Assembly (NCBI GenBank): GCA_012295275.1
Contig: CM022668.1
Coordinates: forward strand, 12,276,001-12,340,000
Direction of reading: 5' to 3'
Length of the DNA: 64,000 nt
Source of the DNA: Chrysomallon squamiferum
Lineage: Eukaryota > Animalia > Mollusca
The notes beneath the pieces were generated by a model that searched no databases, was not told the DNA's origin, and was given only the letters and a program-made list of their open reading frames with translations. This document shows, in pieces, positions 13,377-26,298 of the stretch; within the stretch, counting starts at the first letter, position 1, and each line of letters starts with the position of its first letter. Both the position numbers and the translations under genes were made by a program.

Positions 13377-15181
13377 AGCATGTATATGTAGATAGAATAG
13401 TTATATATATATATATATATATATATTTAGTTTATTTGTTTAAATGAGTTTTATTTTTTTTTTTTTTTTTTTTTGTTTTGCATGGTTTCAGAACATTCAC
13501 AAAACTTTAATATTACTTGATAAAAATTTGTATTAGTTTTTCGAATCTTATATAAAAACATTCCAACATTAAAACATTCCTTTCATTGTAACATTCTTAC
13601 ACTTTCAAAATGTTATTAATAAAATTTTACATCAGTCTTATTTTTGTAAATATTTTAAACTTTTCTTTCTATTTCTCATTTTCTGATTACATTCCCTTTT
13701 TGAGAATATCAAATATTATTCTATTTGTGAATGTTTGAAATTTTTCTGTGGTTTTATTTAGTTTTTGTTTTGTCAAAACACTGTCTTAAATTCATTTAAA
13801 GCTTTTATCAGTACTGTTTTATTGTTATTGTATTGTCCTATTTGCAATGCAAACAGTTATATGTTTATATATGTTTGTATGTATGTATGTATGTATGTAT
13901 GTATGTATGTATACACACATATACATACTTATTTTTTTTTTAAATATTATCTTTTATGTATTTTTAAATTGATTCACACAGGTAATCTTATAGTGGTGTA
14001 ACATTAAATATATTTAATACAGATATTTTTAATTATATTTTTTCTTCTTTCGGAGATATAGTTAATAATCAAACTATTTTATTTCATTATTATCTATAAA
14101 TTACTCTATGTTGTTTTCCATATGTAAATTACTGACAGATAATTATTTGTTCTTAATACAACATAATTTTTATTGTTTATATACTGTATCTTTATAGTTA
14201 ATATTTATTATTAGAATTATTATTATTATTATTATCATTATTATTATTAATATAAACCATATGTAGTACAACTGTATCGTCTATAATTTATCATGTATAA
14301 CTACTTATATATATTATACATATATTATATTTATATTATTCAATGTTTGAAATGAACATTAAGACATAACAAGTCTGTTAATATTGTATCTACCTCTATC
14401 GTAATATGGAAGTTGCATTTGGTGATATAGAAAGCAATAACTATAGCTATGTGTTGTCCACTGGTCAAAGGTATGTTCGTTATTGATTTAATTTGCAGTC
14501 AGGTATAATTTTTATGTCTAACAATTCTGCCATAAAGTACAAGAAAATGTCTTATAATGTAGATTTGGGTATGTTTGTGTTAATGTATTTTAAAATGCAG
14601 TATGTGTGTTAATTTATATTAAAGTGTGTATTAATTTATGCTAGATTTGGGTATGTGTGTATTAATTTATATGTAGAATATAAATGTATATATATAATAT
14701 ATATATTGTGTGTGTGGCACATAGAGTATTTCCCCCTCATATTTTGCCTAATTAGTTTATTTGGTGAGCATTAAAATTTCTTTTAAATATACATTATTTT
14801 ATATTTTATGCTGGTTTGCATTATTATTGTTTTTATTATTATTATTATTATTATTGCTTTTCCATTTAACTTTTAAATTTTAATTTTATATATATACATT
14901 TTAATATTATAATTAATTTAAATATTATGGGGGTTTTGTTTGTTGTTTTTTCAATGTCTTTGTCAGTTTTGAAGCACTTTTAAAATCAAACCTCACCATT
15001 TAAACTTGTTTTAAAATATTTCCCTATTCAGAATTACCCTTCCTGGTTTTTATTCCATGATTCACTACCCCATATAATTAGGAAACAATAATTATTTCCA
15101 TTAAAATATTTTCTTTTCTTTCTTCTTCATTCTTTCTTCTTCTTTTTCTTCTTCTTCTTCATCTTCATCTTTTTCTTGTTG

Positions 15182-15238
<57 letters not shown>

Positions 15239-15384
15239 GATTATTATATTGAAATTATATGTATTAATTATTTCACTTTTCAGTGACAAATTGTTTGACA
15301 ATGTTTTAATTTATTAATTTAGTTTCAGTTACAATGTTATTATTAGTGTTACAATGTATTAATTGGATTAATTCAATTTGTTAG

Positions 15385-15444
15385 GTCCATCACCTGACAT
15401 CAGCAAAGAGGAAGAACTCTCTGAAAAGGAAAAACTTACTTCAG
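15385..15444 (+). CDS. Exon 2, 60-nt micro-exon (GPSPDISKEEELSEKEKLTS)
   Basis: TTAG|GTCC...TCAG|GTAACT, phase 1-1, open frame, E/K-rich; absent from the ORF track. Confidence 0.8.
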
Positions 15445-16331
15445 GTAACTTTTAAGATTTATTTTATTCTTATTTATGTTATTTTAATTTTATTATTTTA
15501 ATTTTATTTAATTTAATTTTTTTTTTTTTAAATCTTTATTTTATTTTTAAATTTAATTTAATTTTTTTTTATTTTTAATATACTATTTTTTTTTTAAATC
15601 TTTATTTTATTTTTAAATTTAATTTAATTTTGTTTTATTTTTAATATACTATTTTGTGTTAATTTATGTTATTTGATTTTTTTTATTTTAATTTTATCTC
15701 ATCTTATTTTGTTCCTTTGATTTTTAAATAAAAGAAAAATCTCAATGCCTTTCAATTTATTCCTAAATATTATTTTTAATTTTTATTTAAAAAATTCAGT
15801 ATCTTTTTTATTTGATTTTCTCTTTATTTTGTTTTGTTATATTCTTTAATATTTTATATGATATGAATGTCATAATCTTTAAAATATTAAATATACTTTT
15901 TAAACATTCTTTTTTATTTTTTTATTTATATTTTATACAACAAAATCAAATGTCTAATAATATTCTTAAGTTATACAGTTAAAATTCATTTATTTAAATC
16001 ATAAAAAAAAAAATAGGGTTTTAAATAAAAATATTTAATTATTATTTTTCATATTTTTCCTTATGTTAACTGCTGAGAAATTAAATATATATTTTTTAAT
16101 AAACCTTTACAAATTTATTTTTCATTTATATCTTTAATTTTTTTAATTTTTTTTTTTTTAATTTTTTTTTTTTTTAATTTTTTCAATGAAATATACATAT
16201 GTATATCAAATTGTTGGCAAATTAATAACATTTGTTCACATCTTTTTATAATCTTACCTTATATATATATTTATATATATATATATATAGATCTTAAATG
16301 TTACTGACAATTTTATAAAACTAATTTGTAG

Positions 16332-16379
16332 AAGAAGAAAAAGAAGTTGTTTTGGAAGAAACCGTGACCTTGCCCTCAG
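16332..16379 (+). CDS. Exon 3, 48-nt micro-exon (EEEKEVVLEETVTLPS)
   Basis: TTTGTAG|AAGA...TCAG|GTTTGT, phase 1-1, composition like the giant exons. Confidence 0.78.
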
Positions 16380-17290
16380 GTTTGTTGTGTGTTTTTTTCT
16401 AACTCAGTCTGTTGTGGTTTGTGCATTTTCTATCTGGAGTTATGGAATTTGACTGATTCTGCATTACTCATCCTGCTGAATACATTTCCAGTTCATGACA
16501 TGAAAACTGTATTAAAGAAATGTTTAAATTACAGATTTCTGAACAAAAGATAATTCCTAATAATAATAATAATAATAACAAGAGCAAAGTTCAGAACTAA
16601 TTTTTAAAGTTACCGAAAATATTCTAAGTAACAGAAATTCAAACCCATATTTTCTTTACAATATTTCAATAAACAGTTTTAATGTCATGAACTAAATACC
16701 ATGAATTTTTTTTTATTATTATTTTTTTTTTATCACAAAATATAATTAGAAATCACAAAAATTAATCTTTAAGAGTTTCAAATAATATTTATTTATTTAT
16801 TTTATTCTTTTTGGTTATGGGATATCACTGGACAAAAAACACCAACAAAGAACATATTTCACTTCCAGTGCACTAATTTATTTATAAACAGTTAATTCCC
16901 TTGGTATGGGTTTTATAGAATTAATAGCTGTCATCATGACTCTGGGATGCCTTTATAATCATTTCAAGAAGGCTTACAGAGGTTTGATTTATTGGCATAG
17001 AATGGTACCAGAGCTCACCAGAATGGTTTCTGGGATTGTAATAAATATAAATTAATTCTTCATATTTTTCTGTGTTAAAGCTCAACTGGAAATAAAAATA
17101 AAAAAATCAATAAAATAATAGCAAACCATATGATTGTAAGAACGTTTTTGACTTAAAAATTGAAATTTGTAACTGGGTTTTAAAAATAGGGTTTTAACTA
17201 TTCATTTCCTAAATTTGAGAGTACCTGAAAATTTTTCTTTTTTTTTCTTTATTATTTATTTTATTTAATTTTATTTTTATTTTTATTCCT

Positions 17291-17337
<47 letters not shown>

Positions 17338-17440
17338 TTTTACTATTATTATTATTATTATTACTCTTTTTTTTTTTATCTTTGGTAGATTCATTTAGCT
17401 GGGTTTTATATGTAGAATCTTTTTTTAATTTTATTTATTA

Positions 17441-17489
<49 letters not shown>

Positions 17490-17989
17490 GGAATTTGGAT
17501 TTATTTATTGCATGATTATTTTAACATCATTATCTGACATGAAGGAATTTATTTTTAATTCCTTATTATGATTTTTTATTTTTTATTTTCAATGGTTGTT
17601 ATAGGCATGTTGTTTAATTAACAAAATTTCAACATGGAAAACAAAGATTTGAATGTTTTTCTGTGTGTATGAAAAGAGCATTTTTGCATTTTAATTAAAA
17701 CTAAATTAATGCATGATTTTTTTGCTGAGAAAAGTTTTGCTATTTAGAAAAGTGTTGACACTTTTGATTGTATAGATTAACCATATAAATCTAGTTTAGA
17801 TATTATTTTAGACATACTATAGCTGATTAAAAAAAAAAAAAAAAAAAAAGCATGTAGTTTTATAGATAAAAAATTTCAGATATTTTTTTTTGCATTAATC
17901 ATCATTCACCATGGAAACCAGTTTTGTTTTATATGCATGTATTTTTTGTGTGTGAAAAAAACAACGAAAAACAAACAATTTTTCTTCAG

Positions 17990-18316
17990 ATGCTTTTGAT
18001 TCCCTTATAACCGAGGTCACTGAAGCTGCCAAAGATTTTAAACCCGAATTTACAGAGACTCTTGAAAATCTGATTGTTGTTGACGGTGGCGATGCTAGGC
18101 TGAGATGTTGCATCATCGGCCACCCCACACCTGAAGTTTTATGGTTCAAAGACACAGAAATTATTGAACCTTCCGAAGATTTTCAAATTACCCAAGAAGA
18201 CAATTTGTGTACGCTTTATATTCATGAGGTTTATCCTGAGGATGCTGGGAAATATGTTGTAGTTGCTAAAAATGAATGCGGAGTGGCTTCTGTGATGGCC
18301 AGTTTGATAGTTGAAG
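17990..18316 (+). CDS. Exon 4: Ig domain 1 (KPEFTETLENLIVVDGGDARLRCCIIGHPTPEVLWFKD...EDAGKYVVVAKNECG...LIVE)
   Basis: TTCTTCAG acceptor, GAAG|GTGATT donor, 327 nt phase 1-1, full I-set motif. Confidence 0.93.
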
Positions 18317-19638
18317 GTGATTTCTAGATAGTAGTATTTTGTCATTTATATTTTTGATAACGTTTACTAGAAAGTAATTATAGTTTTGTTTTAATTCTTA
18401 AGAATATATTATATTACAGAAAATATTTTTTTTTAATTCTAGATTTATGGATATTGATTTTTTTATTTTATTAATGTACTTTTTTGAAAGAAAAGGAATG
18501 AAAAGAAAATAAAAACATTTTACTTTTTGATCTAAAATATTAGCATTTAAAAATGGAATTATTTTTAAAAATTTATCATATATCATTATTGTTATTACTA
18601 TTTTTATTTTTATTGTAGTTATTAACTGAAGTATTTTATTCATTTATTTATTAAATTTATTTATTTATTTATTTAATATTATTATTATTATTGTTGTTGT
18701 TGTTATTATTATTATCATCAAATATTAAAAACAAAAATTTGTAGTAAGTTTTGCTTTTCACTTTATAACATATTTTAGACACTTTTTCTTTTGATGCATT
18801 ATTTGTTCAAAATTTCATTTGCTTGTGCATTTTTCAAAACCTTTGCATTAACGTTCTTGTTTTGCTTGTCTTTTGTGCATTTCATTGCTTTGATTGTGTG
18901 AATTGAAAAAAAAAATTAAATAATTTAATAAAATGAAAATAGTATAATAATTTTAAAAAGAAATATAGTGAATTATAAAAATCAAATAGACCAAATCAAT
19001 TATTGTTTTCTTTTGCAGTTATTATGTTTTAAATGTTTTTATTTATTTATTTAAAAGGCATTATAAAGATTTATTCTTGATATTTTTTAATAAAAAATAT
19101 TGTTTTTAATTTTCTCATTGGAAGTTACAAAATATCCTACATAAAATTATTATTTACAGATACTTAGTTGAGCTTATCATAAATTTAAAAAAAAAAAAAT
19201 AAATGAAACTAATTATAATTTTTGATTTGCATTTTAAATTTATATCAATATCTATAAATTGGCACAATTATTTATTTATATACATTTTTCAACATTTTTT
19301 TAAATTTTACTTCTTTTTTTTAAATTTTACTTAATTTTTTTCTTCTTTTTTTAAAAATATTACATGTATTAGTAAATTTTAACAAAGTAGAAACTTAATT
19401 TTTAACCTTGATATTGAATTTCTACTTTAAATTTACTAATTAACCTTTTAAAGAAATATACAGTATGGTAAACTATATATTTAAATTTTATTTATAAAAT
19501 ATTCAGACAATGAAATTAAAATACAAAAATCAAAATATTTTAAATTTTAAATAAACAATGTTATATAAATAAAATGTTTACTTACGTTACATTCACTTAC
19601 TTACTTCACTGTATCTGAAACTGTGACTTCACTTTCAG

Positions 19639-19772
19639 TAGCCCCAGAAGAGGTGAAAGAAGAAACTGAAGCAATTCCACCAACATTTGTGGAAAGACCT
19701 CACTTCCTTACTGTGAACGAGGGTGAAAATGTCCACTTTGAGGGACAGATCATTGCCCATCCTGAACCCGAT
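19639..19772 (+). CDS. Exon 5: N-half of Ig domain 2 (PPTFVERPHFLTVNEGENVHFEGQIIAHPEPD)
   Basis: TTTCAG acceptor, GAT|GTGAGA donor, phase 1-0. Confidence 0.9.
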
Positions 19773-20327
19773 GTGAGATATTTGTAATATCACACCCTTT
19801 AGTTATATACTATATTTTAGCTGTTTATTTATCTATTCAAATTTAAAAAAAAAAAAATTTAATGTTACTTGTTTACTTACATATCATTTTCATACCTGTT
19901 TAAATTTATTTATTTTATTTTATTTTATTTTATTTTATTAATTAACTTATTTACCTCCTTGTTTACTTACATATTTATTTATTTATTTATTTCATTTTAT
20001 TTTATTTACGCCTTTAATTTATTATTTATAAATACATTTATTTGTTTCATTTTTTAATTGCTTTGTCACATTTTTAAAATTATTTTTTTTTAATTTAATT
20101 TTGTTTATTTTTGTTAAATGATTATTTACTAATAATTATTTGCTATTCTTATTTTTATTATTACTATTACTATTATTACTGTTATTATTATTATTATTGC
20201 TATAATCAATTTTATTATTCTTATTATTATTATTATTGCTATTATTATTATTACTACTAGTATTATTATTATTATTATTGCTATTATTATTATTACTACT
20301 AGTATTATTATTATTATTATTGCTATG

Positions 20328-20383
<56 letters not shown>

Positions 20384-20481
20384 GATTATTATTATTATTA
20401 TTGCTATTATTATTATTATTGCTATTATTATTATTATTACTACTATTATTATTATTATTATTATTATAATTAATATTTCAG

Positions 20482-20675
20482 ATTATCTGGAGTCGCAATG
20501 GATTTGAAATTGAGGACTCAGAACGTTACCACATTTCTGTAACCAGAGATGTTGACACGTACCGAGTCACTCTCGACATCAACGTTGTCACACCCGATGA
20601 TGCTGGCAACTACCACATTTCAGCAGTAAATATGCATGGAGAGGAGATGGTGTCTGTTTCCTTTAATTGTCAACA
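20482..20675 (+). CDS. Exon 6: C-half of Ig domain 2 (IIWSRNG...DDAGNYHISAVNMHG...), with one extra T near 20662
   Basis: TTTCAG acceptor, CA|GTAAGT donor. Deleting one T gives VSVSLIVN and the phase 1 that exon 7 needs. Confidence 0.88.
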
Positions 20676-20911
20676 GTAAGTTTTTTAAAATTTTATAACT
20701 TAATATGCATGACTGTTACAACATCCCAGATCTATATTTTTATTCTAATTTTTTCTAAATAATTTTTTTTTTTTTTCAGTTTTTGTTTTTGATCAACTTT
20801 ATATTAAAATGTTACTTTTTAAGATAATGAAAATAAATAAATAAATAAATCAATAAATAATTATATAAATAATGTATGTTTATTATTTATAATTGAAAAT
20901 TCTGTTTCCAG

Positions 20912-21032
20912 AAATTGAAGAAGAGAAAACTGATTTCCGAGATCAACTTCAGAAAACCGAACTAGAAATCAGAACAGAACAGAAAGAAGAAGTGGAACAG
21001 ATTGATTTCCGAGAAACACTCAAAACTGAAGT
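20912..21032 (+). CDS. Exon 7: two DFRxxL motifs (KIEEEKTDFRDQLQKTELEIRTEQKEEVEQIDFRETLKTEV)
   Basis: TTTCCAG acceptor, GT|GTGAGT donor, phase 1-2, hand translated. Confidence 0.87.
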
Positions 21033-21376
21033 GTGAGTTCAGATTCTTGGAAATACTAATTTCTGAGAAAAACTGCATTTTGTTACAATTTTTTATTTAT
21101 TTGTTTTTTAGGAGAATGGTTTGTTGTCATTTTTTTCCTTTATATATTTTTTATTTTTATTTTTATCTATATTTTTATCACTTTGTTTGTTTGTTTGGGG
21201 GGGTTGTTGGGGGGTTTTTTTGGTATTTTTAATTTGATTTTCTGTATGTTATGTTAATTAATATATTTGTTTTATTCTTCTTTTTTTTCTTTTTTTTTTT
21301 TTTGTTGGTTTGTTTGGATGATTTTATTTCATATAATTTCCTTTATTTCTGTTTATTTATTTAGTTTGTTATTTAT

Positions 21377-21428
<52 letters not shown>

Positions 21429-21920
21429 TTTAATGACAGTTTTATCTTAACACAAAAACAGAATGTTTGAAAGGTTTAATGCAGAAAGCTGGTAAACTGG
21501 AAGTAAATTAAATATTAATTGTTATTAATTGAAACAAATTTTGAACATTAATTTTCTTCAGCTTTTTTGTACTGCTATAAGAATCCATAGTGCTTTTCAC
21601 AAAAACATTTCTTGAAGTTACTTATTTTGAACAAAATAACTAGTATAATATGACTGAGATAAAAAAAAAAAAAAAAATGAAATAAATAAATAAATACAAA
21701 TTTGAGATAAAAGATTTCCAATAGCAGCTTTCTGTTTTATTGTTTTTAACTGTTATGTTAATAGTAGAATAGTTTGTTTTGATTTTAATATTCATAAATG
21801 ATTTTTGGATGTTAAACTTGCTTGGTTTGCAGTGAATGTATTTTAATTTTATTTTTATTAGTTTTTATTTTATTTTCTTATTCAGTTTTTATATTTTATG
21901 TTTTATTTTTGTTTATATTT

Positions 21921-21951
<31 letters not shown>

Positions 21952-21989
21952 TTATTATTGAGATCATTATTATTATTATTATTATTATG

Positions 21990-22033
<44 letters not shown>

Positions 22034-22153
22034 ATACTCACTCTTATAAGCATGTACTGACAAGTTTTCTTATTTTAATGTTGTATTTAAATTGATATAA
22101 TTAGTGAAGATTTTAACATGCATGATTTGTTTGGATGTGTTAATTGTATTTAG

Positions 22154-22234
22154 GAAAACTAAGGCTGGGGTTGTGTTCGAAACACAGCAGCTTGACTTTA
22201 GACATCTTCTTAAAAAATCAGCTGTAGCTGCAAA
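22154..22234 (+). CDS. Exon 8: DFRxxL motif 3 (VKTKAGVVFETQQLDFRHLLKKSAVAAK), 81-nt symmetric exon
   Basis: TTTAG acceptor, AA|GTAAGT donor, phase 2-2. Confidence 0.87.
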
Positions 22235-23624
22235 GTAAGTTTACGGTATAAAACACGTACTGGGTCTTTGTGGACTTTTTGCGCTGACATTTTCTAAGCT
22301 TTTTCAGAATCTTTCACATTACAATACAAATTCACGCTTTAGGCTTTATATACTTTTTGTTCACGTTTGTATTTCTGTTCTAAAGCTTTCTACATATAAC
22401 AAACACATTTGCTGGTCTTTTTCTTTTTCCATTTCTTTTTTTTTGCTGAAACAGTAAAAACATTTTGATCTTATAGTTCAAAAGCTTTCTAAAGTTATAA
22501 ACCTATATTTAAAAAAATAATAATAATAAAAAACCATATGCTATTCCTGTTTAGAGTTTTTGCTGATGTACTTTCATTGAAATCTTTCTAATAGCTAGCA
22601 GCTTTTCTGGGTTTTATGGGTTATTTTTGCTTCTATTGACAAATGTTAGAAAGTTTTAAAATATTTATAATTTATAATTTATAGCGTGATCTTTTATAAA
22701 TGTATATATATAATTACTACAAATACTTCATAAAGTTTTACTCACAAGTTATTTCATCCTTTTGAAAAAATATTCTTCAATTTGTTTATTTGAATAAAGC
22801 AAAAAATAATTCATACTATCAAATATTTATTTTACTTAGGTGATATGAAATTGCTTTATTTTATGCTATAAATATTTTTCTTTTAGTAAAAATGTATTTT
22901 TTATTTTTTATTTTCATTTATAAAATTGTATTTGTTGTAATATTTTCTTTCAAAATCTCTTTGTTATTAAGAGTAAATTTATTATTTATAGAATGTAATA
23001 GTATCATCTGTAGTTTTGTGGTATAGTCCATAACAGCATTTGCATTCTTACCTGAAAATTAATTAATTTACCTCAATTTTACCTGTCTACATTTCACCTA
23101 CTTTTTCACATTCTTTGACATATATCAACTTCAGAAAATATTTTCTTCTTTGTTTTATTTAATTATTTATCTCTTTATAATATATAAAATGTTCTCATAT
23201 TTTTTGTAATTATTAAAATAATGTCCTTTTTCTTAGAATTAAATAATAATTGTTAAACAGGTGTTTATATTTTTCTTTGTCCTCATTGTTACTGTACAAC
23301 TTAATGTAGAAACAAAATTTTGTTATAATAAAAATGATCTTTGAACATACATTTGTTCAAATAATGAGAACACTTTTTTTGCTAAAAGATAATTTTTGTA
23401 TAATATATGATGATAACATGATTTTGTAACATAAATTATCAATAATTTTATAAAAATAAGACTAAAATAAATTTAAAAAATCATTTTTCTGTTATTGCTT
23501 CAAAAATAAATGTCATTCAAAAAGTAGCAGATTTTTAATAAAATATTTATATCTAAGTATGACAGAAAGTTTTTTTCTTTCTCTTTGAGTACATAAAAAA
23601 AATGAATTATTTGTTTTTAAACAG

Positions 23625-23730
23625 GAAATTTGAACAAGATGTGAAACCAGAGGAGATACCCACTGAAGAAATTCCTGAAGCAGAACAAGTAGATTTCAGA
23701 GACGTTTTGACAAAGAAAGTTTCAGTCGAG
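23625..23730 (+). CDS. Exon 9: DFRxxL motif 4 (KFEQDVKPEEIPTEEIPEAEQVDFRDVLTKKVSVE)
   Basis: AAACAG acceptor, GAG|GTTCGC donor, phase 2-0. Confidence 0.87.
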
Positions 23731-23777
23731 GTTCGCAGTGATTTTATTTTATTTTATAATATTTAATTTAACATATT

Positions 23778-23812
<35 letters not shown>

Positions 23813-23847
23813 TTTTATACATTAATTTTTTTGTATTATTATTTTTA

Positions 23848-23894
<47 letters not shown>

Positions 23895-23900
23895 GTTATT

Positions 23901-23960
<60 letters not shown>

Positions 23961-23966
23961 TATTTT

Positions 23967-23997
<31 letters not shown>

Positions 23998-24655
23998 GTT
24001 TTTTAATTTTTTAATTTTTATTAATTTTAATTTTTTATTTTTTTTTAATTTAGTTTAGTTCATTTTTATATTATTTAGTCACAGTTGTGTTATTAATTAT
24101 TTTTCTTTAAAAAAAAAGTTTACAATTCCTTTTCCTATTAATTTTATTATCCATTTAATTTTTTTTATTATTTTTATTTATTTTATTTATTAGAATTTTA
24201 TTTGTTTATTTTTTATTCTAGTTTAGTTTACTTTTTTCTTGGATTTTCTTCTTGTTTTTTTTTTTTTTCTCTGTCTTGTTTAGCATTATTTTATTTTATT
24301 TTCATTTTATTTATTTCATGAAATATTTATTTTTTGTTTACTTATCATTTTATTATTGAAAAGATTTTAATTTAACAGTTGCATCACAGGAATATAAAAT
24401 AATTTTTTCCTCATAGAAATAATAATAATTCTTATTTAATATTTATTTATCAATTTAAATTTTATAACTTTATTATTTTTACCAAAAAAAATAAAAATAA
24501 AATAATAGTAATTTAATAATTAATTCCACTAAGTATAAAAAAAATTAATACTGTCAGTAATGAAGTAATATTTAATATGTAATATTTAACAGTTAAAAAA
24601 GAAATACTGACATCTTATTAAATAAACAATAATTCAAATTTAAATTTTATTCCAG

Positions 24656-24956
24656 GTTGAAAAAGAGGAACTCATGGCACCAGAATTTGTCGTCCGAACA
24701 CAGGACGTAACAGTAAAAGAGGGGGAGAGTGCGAGATTCGACTGCAAGGTCAAAGGTCAGCCTGCACCAAGCATCATGTGGTATTTTGCAGGCAAGCCAA
24801 TCAAATCGGACGATGTGTACGAGATTATTCCAGGAGACGAAGGCGAAAGTTCGCTTGTTCTTTCAGACACTTTGCCGGAAGATTCTGGTGTCTACACAGT
24901 CAAAGCTTTCAACTCGGTCAGCGAAGTTGAATGCTCAGCTCTTCTCACTGTTGAAG
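24656..24956 (+). CDS. Exon 10: Ig domain 3 (APEFVVRTQDVTVKEGESARFDCKVKGQPAPSIMW...EDSGVYTVKAFN...LTVE)
   Basis: TTCCAG acceptor, GAAG|GTTTGT donor, phase 0-1; ORF 24674-24991. Confidence 0.94.
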
Positions 24957-25300
24957 GTTTGTTTCAGCCATTCAGGTTTCAGCTGTTTTGATTATAGGTT
25001 TGTTTCAACCATTCAGGTTTCAGCTCTTTTGATTATAGGTTTGTTTCAACCGTTCAGGTTTCAGCTATTTTGATTATTGGTTAGTTTCAGCTATTTTGAT
25101 TATAGGTTTGTTTCAACCATTCAGGTTTCAGCTGTTTTGATTATTGGTTAGTTTCAGCTATTTTGATTATAGGTTTGTTTCAACCATTCAGGTTTCAGCT
25201 CTTTTGATTATTGGTTTGTTTCAATGATTCAGGTTTCACCTTTTTTTTATTTTAGTTTTGTTTCAACCATTCACTTTTCACCTGTTTTGATTATAGTTTT
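24957..25300. repeat. 41-bp intronic minisatellite (GTTTGTTTCAACCATTCAGGTTTCAGCTGTTTTGATTATAG) with truncated variants, starting at the splice donor
   Basis: About 8 full or partial copies visible directly. Confidence 0.88.
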
Positions 25301-25658
25301 GTTTTCATTTAGTATTATTCATGTTACAAATTATTTTAATTATTTCCTACTTTAGACTGACAAAATTCCCTGGACTCTAACTCTAACTAAGTTGAGAAAT
25401 TGTTTTAATATGGTTATTCAGGTTCAAGAAAAAGTTATTTTGTCATTTTAAAATTATTCATCATAATTAAAGGAAATAAGACATCAGAATTGTGTTTTAT
25501 TGAAAGAAATTTTTTGTCAAAGTTATAGTTGGTTGATATATATATATATATCAACCGAGTACCAGTTATGTTGTTTTTTTTTGTTTTTTTTATTTGTACC
25601 ATTGTTGTTGTAGTAGTTGCAACTGACATTGTATCTTATTTTCTGATGATATTTGCAG

Positions 25659-25780
25659 AGCTTTCTTCAGAGACAAGTTCTATAAAATCTAAACATGATG
25701 AAGAGGAAGCTGAAAGTCTACAAGAAGAATCAGCTGACCAGGCTGCAATCAAAATACAGTCTGCCTTCCGAGGTTACAAG
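25659..25780 (+). CDS. Exon 11: acidic linker plus first part of IQ motif (ADQAAIKIQSAFRGYK)
   Basis: TTTGCAG acceptor, AAG|GTAAGT donor, phase 1-0. Confidence 0.9.
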
Positions 25781-26141
25781 GTAAGTTTGTGACTCAGTCT
25801 TTGTGGAATTTTTTTAGATGATATCTTTTTTAACTCTGTCACTTATAACGTTTTTACAGTCCTTATTTAGATAAAATGTTATTTTTTCTTCCTTTTCTTC
25901 TTCTTTTTTATTATAATAATTATTATTATTTTATATTTTTTTTTTTTTTATTTATTTTTTGGTTTATATATATATACACTACTAGTATTACTACTACTAC
26001 TACTACTAATAATAATAATAAAAGTAATTAGTAAACACCACTGTTTAGTTATTTTATTTTCATTTTGTTACATGAAATGTTTTAACTACATAATCTAACA
26101 CATTTATTTATTTATTTATTTTTGTGTATAACTATTACAAC

Positions 26142-26182
<41 letters not shown>

Positions 26183-26298
26183 AATTTTTCATTTACTAAT
26201 TATGAAAAATTATTTTAATTCATTAAAATTCATTTCACTGTACCAACAACTATAATAACAACAAAGTCGTTAACAAACTATTTTTAATTTACCTTTAG

